This document shows positions 18,531 to 27,724 of a stretch of 59,096 nucleotides of DNA, piece after piece. The notes under the pieces are model-generated. The model was not told where the DNA came from and searched no databases. It was given only the letters and a program-made list of their open reading frames with translations. The DNA is taken from positions 1-59,096 of IMG/VR virus record IMGVR_UViG_3300021185_003222. One strand, 5' to 3'. The first letter of the stretch is position 1; each line of letters opens with the position of its first letter. The stretch comes from a virus (taxonomy: Duplodnaviria > Caudoviricetes). The position numbers and the translations under genes were made by a program.

Positions 18531-21500
18531 TTAAGTAAATTTAATCCATGAAGACAATACTCTAGTTTTTGCTCCGTTTGATATAGCTCCTGTTTGATTA
18601 GGATCACAGTTACTCACTGTTATCATCACCCTGTAGGTAGCGTTTATTGATATTTTTTGATCTTGAGGCGCACCAGTATTAGCTATAAGACTCGCTAGTG
18701 TAGAAGCGTTTATCGTTATATAACTGTTTGGAGTATTATTATAAAACCTAAAAAAGTCAGAAGATGATCCAACAGCGCTGCTTAATATGTTTCCAGTAGC
18801 TGCATTGACAGGATATAAACTGTTAATATCTCCAGGTGTATTTTCACCATGTAATTGAACTTTCCAATATAGTTCAGCAGTATTATTCCCAGGTATAGAA
18901 CCAGTAGCTAAGCTAGAATCTCTAGCACCATTCCAAAAGTAGTTTGGCGATGATAGCAAGCTTCCATTCCCGTCTCCAGGTTCTTGATAAGCAGAGCTAG
19001 TATTAGTGCCATTATACCTCATCAATACGTAGTCATTGTTGTTATTTATTTTACCATAAATACCAGTACCGCCAGTGTAGTTAAAATTTATTGGATTACC
19101 ATTACTTCCAGAAGCACTTCCAGATGCGCCGTTGTTTGAATTGTTCCAAAGCCATATATTATTATTTCCAACACCTATTTCGTTAGGATTATTAAAATAA
19201 GGCTCTGTATTTCCTAACGGACCTGTGAAAGTTAAATCTCTTACTTCAGGTACGTCGCCTGAAACAGTGGCTTCTATGTTGAAAGTGTAAACGTCTTCAG
19301 CTTGTGAAGAGCTATTAAACACAAAATCTTCGTTTTTAGTTCTAACAATATAGATACCACTACCAGAGTCGTATATCTCAAATTTAGAAGTTATATCAAC
19401 TGGAGTTGATTGATTATCAAATACAGATGTTAATACAAGCGTGTGTGGATCTGTTATAACAATACCGGAAGGATTAACTAGTTGAAACGCGCGAGTGGCA
19501 TTACTACCTGTAACATCATTTTGAGTTTGTAAGTATGCTAAATCTTGACCTTGAGAAGTATCATTACCTTCGCTATCTTGAAAACCACCTGGTATTTCAA
19601 CCGCAACTATAGCAGCATTTAACTCTGATAGTAAACCAGCAGTTGATGTTTCATAAAATATCTCTAACTTGCTTTCAATTGGTTTAGTTTCATAAACTCC
19701 AAGAGTTTGAAACCTAGCATTTACATATCCACCAGCCGGATCACCACTGCTATCTTCATAGCCATCAGGGCCCATTCTAAACGAATTAGTAGAAGTTATA
19801 CTAGCAATTTGTAATGAGCTAGTACTAGTTAAAGGTATACCATCGTTATAAAAATCCCACATATCACTAGTATCTAGGTTGTAATCATTAAAAGCAGCTA
19901 TAGTAGATACAATGTCAGCTTTAAATGGTGATTCATCACCAGGAAAAGCTTGTAAATTTAACTTATAATTTTTTGGATTAACCCTTGGTAACAACTCCAC
20001 ATCACTTCCAGCAAACTTAGTATCTCTTGGACCTACGTTTATTAATGATCTAGGTATTTTATTTATATTGTCACCAGATAACTCTACTTGAGATTTATTT
20101 TCACTAGCTTGATAAATATATTCAATATCACTAGGAAGCTTAATTGTTTTAGGTGTTAAAGAGTTTACACCTGAAAAGAATACGTTATAATAGTCTTGTT
20201 CTTGTTGTTTAACTACAACCTTATAAGAATACCAACCCAGTGGATTAGTATATTCATCATATAGGTTTTCTTCTATTTTTTTATCTAAATATATTTTTAA
20301 TGAATCACCGAACCATAATTGCGTCGCGGTTGCTTGTTCAGATTGATACGGTTTGTAATGTGATGAAGCTCCAAAAGCAGATCCAGAGTCACTAGTAACT
20401 GTAGTATCATAACTTGATAATATTACTTCAGATTGTCTACCATATTTGTCTGCTAAAACAAAACCTACTTGGTAAGTTCTGTTTTGTTTGACAGAGTGCA
20501 TTGGGTACTCTCTAGATGACTCTCCTGTTTTAGACGTTTGGTTATATCCCATTTTTAAGCCAGAAGCTACCTTGTAATCTATAGATTTAGAATATGGAGC
20601 TCTATCTACATAATTACCTAAAACTACTCTATTACCAACAGAAGATAGTGTTAATGCTTTTATAGGTACTTTATCGTAAACTCTAACGTTTTCACTTTCA
20701 TCTAAAACCTTAAAAGGACTTTTACCTTGGTATTTATAGTCAAAAAAGCTATTAGAACTATTAAAATTATCATTTATTTCTTCATAAGTCAAGGTCTCAA
20801 CTACTTCTATGTTTGTTGCTTTATCTTCTTTTGCTATTATGTCAACTTCTTTTATATTATAATCACTTTGTAACTTACTAATAATAACAGGTAAAGGTAC
20901 AGTTAAAGTTATTTCCTCTATCATGTTATCAAAGAAATTTAAATGCCCTGAGTTTTTAACTTTAGCATCATCATAGTCTAAAAAATGACCAAACTGTTCA
21001 GGTATAAATGCTGCTTGAGTAAATGGAGCTATTAAAGAATACTCATTATCTTCAAACTTAAATCTATAAGAAAATCTTATAAATCTGTTTCTTAAAAAAT
21101 CTTTATCTCCAGCCCAAGAATTAGAATAATCAGGATTACCGTAGTGCAAATAAAACTTTATACCGCCATCTGCACCTGAACTTGGCTTTGGAGATACGGC
21201 ATCAAAAATTAACTGTAGGTCACTATCACTACCATTAAGTGTAAGTATTTTATAATCTGTATTTCCTGTAGTACCACTTGTTATTGATACTACAGTTATA
21301 CTATTATCTTTTGAAAGCTGTGGAATATCTTTAGAAGTTATGTACTTAGCAGCGTTAGGGCCTAAGTAATCTGGATTAAAAAGTTGTTTTGGTGTAGAAG
21401 CACTTGTATCTTTAAATCTTAAAGGAAGATTCATGTTACCACCACTTGGTGTGGTTAACAAGGTTCCACCATTGTCAGATATAGCAGTTATTGAATATGT

Positions 21501-22166
21501 TAAAAGTTTATTAGTTTTATTAACCATGCTCGTGCTAGGGTTGCTAGCATCTGATACGTTGAGCATTTTTAAAGGAGCATACGGATAATATTTAGCTAAA
21601 GAAATTTGATGTTCTTTAGTATAATTAATATCACCTTTTGTACTTATTTTTCTTGGTTGATTTCTATTATCAGTCCAAAATAATTGATCTTCAATAACAA
21701 CAGCTTCTATTCTATGTGTTTTTGAAAAATTTAAAAAGTTACCATGAGCTAAGTTTACACTTGTATTTGTTTTTAAATCTACTTTAAGTATTTGACAACT
21801 TCTTGAAGAAGCTGGAGCTGTTGGCACGCTGCGAAATAAAGTTCCTAAATCCTGAGTACCAAGAGCACTAGACCCAAACAATATAGTAGAGTCCATAAAG
21901 TTAGTTATAAAAACGTATAAAATGTCTTTTGCTTCGTCTTTGCAGTGGCCTATTACTTCATAACCATAATTGTATGTATCAACAGGTAGATTAAAGCTAA
22001 CAGTAAGGTTATTACCTTTTATATTTTCAAGAGCACCAACGTCGGATCCCTCTGATCTGCTTACTGATATATTAGTGGCGTTTCTATATTCATTAGGTGG
22101 TACTATTCTAGAGTCTGAATCTTTATTCATTTTAGACCCCATGAAAGTATTTTTAATTTCTGGCAT
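18531..22166 (-). CDS. Tail nozzle/stabilisation protein, large subunit
   Basis: N-terminus NTF..KMNKD.D.R..P..EYR.A.NI and LFWTDNRNQPRKI typical of crAss-like/podovirus stabilisation (muzzle) proteins. Confidence 0.65.
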   Translation of the reverse strand: MPEIKNTFMGSKMNKDSDSRIVPPNEYRNATNISVSRSEGSDVGALENIKGNNLTVSFNLPVDTYNYGYEVIGHCKDEAKDILYVFITNFMDSTILFGSSALGTQDLGTLFRSVPTAPASSRSCQILKVDLKTNTSVNLAHGNFLNFSKTHRIEAVVIEDQLFWTDNRNQPRKISTKGDINYTKEHQISLAKYYPYAPLKMLNVSDASNPSTSMVNKTNKLLTYSITAISDNGGTLLTTPSGGNMNLPLRFKDTSASTPKQLFNPDYLGPNAAKYITSKDIPQLSKDNSITVVSITSGTTGNTDYKILTLNGSDSDLQLIFDAVSPKPSSGADGGIKFYLHYGNPDYSNSWAGDKDFLRNRFIRFSYRFKFEDNEYSLIAPFTQAAFIPEQFGHFLDYDDAKVKNSGHLNFFDNMIEEITLTVPLPVIISKLQSDYNIKEVDIIAKEDKATNIEVVETLTYEEINDNFNSSNSFFDYKYQGKSPFKVLDESENVRVYDKVPIKALTLSSVGNRVVLGNYVDRAPYSKSIDYKVASGLKMGYNQTSKTGESSREYPMHSVKQNRTYQVGFVLADKYGRQSEVILSSYDTTVTSDSGSAFGASSHYKPYQSEQATATQLWFGDSLKIYLDKKIEENLYDEYTNPLGWYSYKVVVKQQEQDYYNVFFSGVNSLTPKTIKLPSDIEYIYQASENKSQVELSGDNINKIPRSLINVGPRDTKFAGSDVELLPRVNPKNYKLNLQAFPGDESPFKADIVSTIAAFNDYNLDTSDMWDFYNDGIPLTSTSSLQIASITSTNSFRMGPDGYEDSSGDPAGGYVNARFQTLGVYETKPIESKLEIFYETSTAGLLSELNAAIVAVEIPGGFQDSEGNDTSQGQDLAYLQTQNDVTGSNATRAFQLVNPSGIVITDPHTLVLTSVFDNQSTPVDITSKFEIYDSGSGIYIVRTKNEDFVFNSSSQAEDVYTFNIEATVSGDVPEVRDLTFTGPLGNTEPYFNNPNEIGVGNNNIWLWNNSNNGASGSASGSNGNPINFNYTGGTGIYGKINNNNDYVLMRYNGTNTSSAYQEPGDGNGSLLSSPNYFWNGARDSSLATGSIPGNNTAELYWKVQLHGENTPGDINSLYPVNAATGNILSSAVGSSSDFFRFYNNTPNSYITINASTLASLIANTGAPQDQKISINATYRVMITVSNCDPNQTGAISNGAKTRVLSSWIKFT

Positions 22167-22168
22167 AC

Positions 22169-23374
22169 TTAATGTTTAATCCATTTAGACTTGTTTCTAA
22201 ATACTTGAGCTATTTCTTCTGTTTTAATATTGCTTAATCTTAATTTAGCATTTCTAAGAGAAGATCTTTTTTCTAACTTATATCTATTTATTACATATTC
22301 TGGAACTTGGGACCGAGTAGAAAGTATAGAGTATATAATATGCATGTACATCGCTTGCTCTGCTAGTTTAGGTACCATCATGTCTTCATCATAAGCTAAA
22401 CCATCAGATATATATTCAAACATTAAAAGCTTACCAGCTAGATCACTAGAAAGAGATATAGAACCTAGTCTTTCGTTTATAGTGTATTTACCGTTTATAT
22501 TAGCTTCCTCAGGGTTTAGTCCATATTTTTGACCCATTAAACCCTGTCTAGGTGTTATTCTATAATCAGAAGGAGCTAAAGAGTTGTTATTGCCTATACC
22601 TTTCCATCTTTGCTCTACTATTGAATCATCAGCTGCAGTATTGCTACCAAAAGAATCTTGTATATATTGACCAGCGCCATCTTGAAGTGATAGATCAGTA
22701 GGATTTGATGTTACTCTAGTTGGGTATATAATATGTTTTGCACCAACATCGTCAATCCACGAAAGTTTAACGTAGTTTACATAATCTTGAGGTAAAGCAA
22801 AGCTTAATGATAGCGGAGCATTTATTTCAAGTGATTTTATTACCTTTAAAGTATCATAACTAAACTCTTGCAAGCCTCTTTTAGCATGAAATATAATGTC
22901 TTGCTTCTTTACTTTTCTTATCAACTTGTCTTCACCAACATATCCTACTATAAAGTTGTTTATAATATCTTTTAATTTTATATAAGAGTAATTTCCGTAA
23001 TTATTATCAATAGCAAACTTTTTAAGTTGTATATAAAAGTTTCCATCATAGGTGCCATTAGTTGCGCTAGGAAGTACTTCAATTTCGCCTGTGTATTCAT
23101 TTGAAACTCTTATTAAGTCTTCGTCTATCGCTGTGTAATTTCCAGTTCCAATTGGTTCATAAAATATAGTAAAATTAGAAATAGATGATTTTTGAGTAAA
23201 TCTTTGGTTACCACCTGAAGTAATTATAGGTTCAGCAAAAGCACTTATAGGTTTAGTATCAAAACCCCAAACTCCACCATTTATAAAATAAGGATCACCA
23301 GCCGAGGTTGTTGCTCTATCTAGTATTTGTTGACCAGCGTAATATTGACCGTTGTTTTCTGTTATAAGTCCCAT
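22169..23374 (-). CDS. Tail ring/adaptor (gatekeeper-like) protein
   Basis: LPQDYVNYVKLSW motif; position between capsid and nozzle genes. Confidence 0.6.
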   Translation of the reverse strand: MGLITENNGQYYAGQQILDRATTSAGDPYFINGGVWGFDTKPISAFAEPIITSGGNQRFTQKSSISNFTIFYEPIGTGNYTAIDEDLIRVSNEYTGEIEVLPSATNGTYDGNFYIQLKKFAIDNNYGNYSYIKLKDIINNFIVGYVGEDKLIRKVKKQDIIFHAKRGLQEFSYDTLKVIKSLEINAPLSLSFALPQDYVNYVKLSWIDDVGAKHIIYPTRVTSNPTDLSLQDGAGQYIQDSFGSNTAADDSIVEQRWKGIGNNNSLAPSDYRITPRQGLMGQKYGLNPEEANINGKYTINERLGSISLSSDLAGKLLMFEYISDGLAYDEDMMVPKLAEQAMYMHIIYSILSTRSQVPEYVINRYKLEKRSSLRNAKLRLSNIKTEEIAQVFRNKSKWIKH

Positions 23375-23377
23375 TTA

Positions 23378-24151
23378 TTATTGTTTTTCGTTTGCTTCTT
23401 CTTGCTGTATTTCATTGTTAGCTACTTGAACTATTGAAGGATCTTTTATTACAACTCCAGCGTAAAGCAGTATATTTATTACAACTTCTATTTGTTCTGA
23501 GTTATGCAACTCAAAGTTAGTAGAATTTGTAGAGTCATAAACATAAGCGCCATTAGATAAAGTGGTAAAAGCCCAATTAACGTCAACAGGTTTCTTTACG
23601 TAAGTAACTCTAAGTAAGTTTATATTGTTTGGAAATGGAAGAATTTTATTGTCTTCATATAAGTATATAGGAGACTCAAAATCAGGAGATGTTAATGGAG
23701 ATTTATTTATGTTATAAAAATCTGTTCTTCCTACTCTCTGTAGTTCAGCAGCAGTTGTAGTCATTGGAAAGACTGGCGGTGGAACCTCACCTCTTGTAGG
23801 CTGTGAAGGAAATGTTGCCGAGTCAAAAGTTACAGTGTTTATTCTGTATAAATTAGCAGGGCAATCAAAAAATTTATAAAAAGGAGGATCTGCTGCCGCT
23901 GTTCCAGTTACAGATGCTTCAGTTTTAAATTCTGCTATTTTTTCGTCGATATTGGCAACTCTATCTGCGTAGTCAAACTCACTTTGAGGTATTCTAAGTT
24001 GTTGGTTTAGATCTTCAAAGTATCGTTCAAATATTTTTCTTTGGACTTGCGTTGCTGTTTTACTAAATTCTTGAGGTGTCATATAACCTCTTTGTTCTTT
24101 ATTTAGTATAAGCAAAACAGTTTGATATACATCATTTACGTTTATTGCCAT
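23378..24151 (-). CDS. Head-tail connector/ring protein
   Basis: LNKEQRGYMTPQEF, YVKKP..V.W; position. Confidence 0.6.
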   Translation of the reverse strand: MAINVNDVYQTVLLILNKEQRGYMTPQEFSKTATQVQRKIFERYFEDLNQQLRIPQSEFDYADRVANIDEKIAEFKTEASVTGTAAADPPFYKFFDCPANLYRINTVTFDSATFPSQPTRGEVPPPVFPMTTTAAELQRVGRTDFYNINKSPLTSPDFESPIYLYEDNKILPFPNNINLLRVTYVKKPVDVNWAFTTLSNGAYVYDSTNSTNFELHNSEQIEVVINILLYAGVVIKDPSIVQVANNEIQQEEANEKQ

Positions 24152-24162
24152 TATAAATATTT

Positions 24163-24194
24163 TAAAAAAAAAGGGTAGAGTGAACTACCCTTTT
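24163..24194 (-). terminator. Intrinsic terminator after the capsid operon
   Basis: Minus strand AAAAGGGTAG-TTCACT-CTACCC followed by a long T run. Confidence 0.85.
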
Positions 24195-24199
24195 ATATA

Positions 24200-24224
24200 A
24201 TCACTTGTTATTTAAGTTTTTTCT
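24200..24224 (-). promoter_or_regulatory. Putative late promoter (variant copy) abutting the terminator
   Basis: AGAAAAAACTTAAATAACAAGTGAT-TATATA; shares the AAGTRAT element with sites at 33678 and 43719. Confidence 0.4.
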
Positions 24225-25011
24225 GTATAGACTTATATACTTCTAAACCTTCATCAGTCTGAAACCAAGCAGCCATAGCTGAATATGGGTTCTCTTCAAA
24301 AGGCACTTGCATTAACTTTTTACTATTACTAGCCCAAGACCAAGTTCTTTGATCAGCACTTAATCTAATAACATTAAGTTCAGCAGCTTTTACAGCCACG
24401 TTTCTTAATTCAACTCTATCATCGTCTGCTAACTCTAAGAACAAACCAGGGTTTTGTCTTGCAAATAATAAAGCATCTCTTTTAACTTCTTTAGAACTCA
24501 TCTTAGACACTTTAGAACCAATCTCTACTCTTAATATAGCTTCTAATTGATCAATATCCATTTCTGTTGCTAAATTCATGGCCTGCATTTCAGCTTCAAG
24601 CCAAGATAGTTCATCTACAGCTTCTTTAGTTTTATCTTCTTCATAGTATGTTTGATCTCTATAAGGATGATATAAGCTAAGAAGTTTTTGTAAAACTGTT
24701 TGACTTTTAGGCACAGAAAGAACACCATCTACAAATTGAACATGTCCTAATGTAGCTGTTCCAGTTTGCTCATCTACAAAAGGTGAGTTTTGATTTGTAG
24801 CATATCTTAACTCTCTATTTTGTTTCTTTTCGTTATCCCAATACATTAAAGGATGTCTATTTGTATGTTTGCAACTAATAGTAAAGGTTAATGGCTTTTC
24901 TTCTCCTTGTAAAACGTATAGCCTATCTTTATACTCCCAGTTATCAACAGGAGCTTTTTTAATTTCTTTTGTAATTACTTTTTTAGTAATTTCTTTTTCT
25001 TTTGTTTCCAT
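24208..25011 (-). CDS. Conserved protein downstream of the major capsid gene
   Basis: 267-aa ORF in the head module; function not recognisable. Confidence 0.6.
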   Translation of the reverse strand: METKEKEITKKVITKEIKKAPVDNWEYKDRLYVLQGEEKPLTFTISCKHTNRHPLMYWDNEKKQNRELRYATNQNSPFVDEQTGTATLGHVQFVDGVLSVPKSQTVLQKLLSLYHPYRDQTYYEEDKTKEAVDELSWLEAEMQAMNLATEMDIDQLEAILRVEIGSKVSKMSSKEVKRDALLFARQNPGLFLELADDDRVELRNVAVKAAELNVIRLSADQRTWSWASNSKKLMQVPFEENPYSAMAAWFQTDEGLEVYKSIQKKLK

Positions 25012-25037
25012 AGTATAATATAATATAATAATAAATA

Positions 25038-25061
25038 GCTAGAGCGCTTTCGCGCCCTAGC
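25038..25061 (-). terminator. GC-rich hairpin (GAAA loop) after the capsid gene; leaky terminator or mRNA stabiliser
   Basis: Minus strand GCTAGGGCGC-GAAA-GCGCTCTAGC followed by TATTTATT. Confidence 0.75.
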
Positions 25062-25086
25062 ATAAATTTAGTTAAACCTAACTTCG

Positions 25087-26529
25087 TTAAGCGTCACCTG
25101 TTTTCTTAAATAATAAGAAATTGTTTGCAGCTTGCACACATAAACATCTCTCAGATAAGAAATGTACTTCCATAGCATCAAGATCAGAAGTATAAGCACC
25201 ACCGACAGAACCAGTGATCCATGTTTTATATCTTCTATCTTCAGTTTCAGAAGCTCTATATCTTACGTGTAAGAAAGGACGTCTAATGTTAGCACCTAGC
25301 ATTTGATCATATACTGAAGAAGTTCCAGCAGGTACCAATACACCTTCGATGTCATCAAATAATCCTCTTGTAGTTGGATCGTTTAAGTATTTCCAATCAG
25401 TTTTGTAGAAGTCATAAGAACCTCTTCTAAAACCTGAAAATCCTAAATTAAGAGCCATATCAGCATCATTGTCAAAAAGACCAAAAGCAGATCCAGCTCC
25501 ATTATTTCCACCATTTATTCCAGCTAGCATATCATCGAAATCTAAATTCATGTCTCTGTTTAAGAATAACATGTTTTCTTCGATAGCACCTTGCTTGTCT
25601 AGGTTTTTAAGGATATTGTCAAAATCTTGTAATCCAGTTCCAGCAGCGAAATCTTGGTATACATTACCTCTTGATTCGATAGCTTGAAATAAACCTTCAG
25701 TTCCTTCAAATCCAGCAGTAGTAACACCACTTTTTACACCTTCAACCATAGCCATTTCAAGATAGTCATCATATCTTAATCTAGTTTCTGATTCAGCTTT
25801 TAAATACCATAAGTATCCAGATGTTCCGTCTTCAGTAGCAACTTCAACCCACCCAATTTGAGAGGCGTCAGAACCGTTAACTTCGTATCTGTCTTTTATG
25901 ATAATTGGCTTGTTAGCAAAGGATTTAAACTTTGGCTGTAAAGCACCTTCCATACCTTCTGTTCCTTTAGCAAATTCAGAACCATAAACGAACATTTTTA
26001 CAGGATCGTCTAGATCGAATTTAGAAGCTAAGTTAGTGTGTCCATAAACAGAAACAGTTACAGTAGCATCATTTCCAGTAACAGAAATTGCTGTTGCTTT
26101 AACTTTTACTGTTTGAATACCAAGGTGACCAGTTTTAGTAGAAGTACCGCTTACTGCTAAAGTAGCGCCTTTTCTAATAGCACAAGTAATATCAGTTCCC
26201 ATATCTATTTCTAGAGTAGTAGCACTTTTTACTATAGCTAAGTCATAACCAATGTGTAGTCTTTCTTGTTCAGACCAAATTACTTGATCAGAAGTCATCG
26301 GCATTTCTGCACCTACCATTCTCAAGAAACCACCTAGTGTTCTGTTTCCGTATCTTTCTACTTCTGCTTCGTAAAGTTCAGGTAGAAATTGTTGTGTCCA
26401 ATCAGCAGAGCCATCATGAAAATTAAGATAATTTCCTTGAGTAACATTTTTACTTTCTGCTGGCATTGGGCTAATTGAATATTTCCCGACTTTATTTCCA
26501 TCAGGAGCAAATCCGTTTTCGATTGCCAT
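25087..26529 (-). CDS. Major capsid protein
   Basis: 480 aa after portal and scaffold; QQFLPELYEAEVERYGNRT, GTEGLFQAIESRGN, FYKTDWKYLND; followed by a strong hairpin. Confidence 0.85.
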   Translation of the reverse strand: MAIENGFAPDGNKVGKYSISPMPAESKNVTQGNYLNFHDGSADWTQQFLPELYEAEVERYGNRTLGGFLRMVGAEMPMTSDQVIWSEQERLHIGYDLAIVKSATTLEIDMGTDITCAIRKGATLAVSGTSTKTGHLGIQTVKVKATAISVTGNDATVTVSVYGHTNLASKFDLDDPVKMFVYGSEFAKGTEGMEGALQPKFKSFANKPIIIKDRYEVNGSDASQIGWVEVATEDGTSGYLWYLKAESETRLRYDDYLEMAMVEGVKSGVTTAGFEGTEGLFQAIESRGNVYQDFAAGTGLQDFDNILKNLDKQGAIEENMLFLNRDMNLDFDDMLAGINGGNNGAGSAFGLFDNDADMALNLGFSGFRRGSYDFYKTDWKYLNDPTTRGLFDDIEGVLVPAGTSSVYDQMLGANIRRPFLHVRYRASETEDRRYKTWITGSVGGAYTSDLDAMEVHFLSERCLCVQAANNFLLFKKTGDA

Positions 26530-26555
26530 AATTATAAGTTTTAATTGTTATTTAT

Positions 26556-27698
26556 CTATTTTTTAATTTTCAATTTAGAACTATTTATTCCTGATATAGC
26601 TTTAACTTTCCATCCGTTTACAAATACCTCTCCGTTGGAAACTTTCCTTGGCTCGTCATTTACGTTATTAGACTTTGACATAATGTCTTTTGTTGCGTCA
26701 GCTTTTCCTTGTTCGTAAAAGTGACTTGCTATAGTATCAGCATTTCTAGCTGCAAAAAGTGCCTTATGATACTTTTTTAAATCTTTAATTTCGCCTTCTT
26801 CTATAAAATCATCTAAAAAATTATTTATATCAGACTGCTTGTTTAAAGTAGTATCAAGGTCGTTTACTCTATAATTATACCTTTTCTCTCCAACGTTAAA
26901 TTCAAAACCTTTGAATTCGTTATTAAAGAAACTATTGGTTCTATTATTAAAAGATTCACTCACCTCTTGAGCTTGAGCTAGATCCTCATTGTATCTATTG
27001 AAGAAGTCCATAGCTTTCTGTTGTTCATTAGAGGTATTAGGCTTATTTTTAATTTCAGCATAATACTTACTCTTCATGTCCTCTAGAAAATTACGAGCTT
27101 CGGCAATTTCTTCTTTATAAGCGAGTTTCTTTTTTCTTACATCTCGCTCTTCATCCACTTCTTCGTCATATGAGAAATTATCTTCCATTATGAAGTTTAT
27201 TTCATCTTGATTAAGATGTGGTTTAGTATTTTTATAATATTCTCTTAGCAGTGTGCTGTCATCTATGTTTGAATAATCAGCATTTATTCTAACGTAGTCT
27301 TCTACAGACCCTCCTGTTTCGTCCATAAAAGAAACTAATTTTTCTATATTTTCAGGTAGTTTTTTACCTAAAACCTTTTCATCTCTTTTAGCTTCCTTTA
27401 GTTCCTTCTGTACTTCGTTAACGTGTTTTTCTTCTTTCTGAACTGTTAGTTCTTCTAGCGGTGGTAGATCATTTTTAACTTCTACTTCCTTTGCTTCAGT
27501 TTCAACTTTAACTTCTTCTACAGGTGTTTCAGTTTTAACTTCTTCAGATTTGCTTAAATCTATTTTGTTTTCCACTGGTTTTTCTTCAGCTTTTTTTGAC
27601 ATATCAATTTTAGCTGTTTCATTAGTTTTTACTAATTTTTTAGGTTTCTTTTTTATTTTAAAGTCACCCTCCTGTTTTACTTCTTTTTCTTTAGACAT
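26556..27698 (-). CDS. Capsid scaffolding protein (putative)
   Basis: Very E/K-rich helical protein between portal and capsid genes. Confidence 0.65.
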   Translation of the reverse strand: MSKEKEVKQEGDFKIKKKPKKLVKTNETAKIDMSKKAEEKPVENKIDLSKSEEVKTETPVEEVKVETEAKEVEVKNDLPPLEELTVQKEEKHVNEVQKELKEAKRDEKVLGKKLPENIEKLVSFMDETGGSVEDYVRINADYSNIDDSTLLREYYKNTKPHLNQDEINFIMEDNFSYDEEVDEERDVRKKKLAYKEEIAEARNFLEDMKSKYYAEIKNKPNTSNEQQKAMDFFNRYNEDLAQAQEVSESFNNRTNSFFNNEFKGFEFNVGEKRYNYRVNDLDTTLNKQSDINNFLDDFIEEGEIKDLKKYHKALFAARNADTIASHFYEQGKADATKDIMSKSNNVNDEPRKVSNGEVFVNGWKVKAISGINSSKLKIKK

Positions 27699-27724
27699 AA
27701 TATAATATAATAGTTAATATAAAA

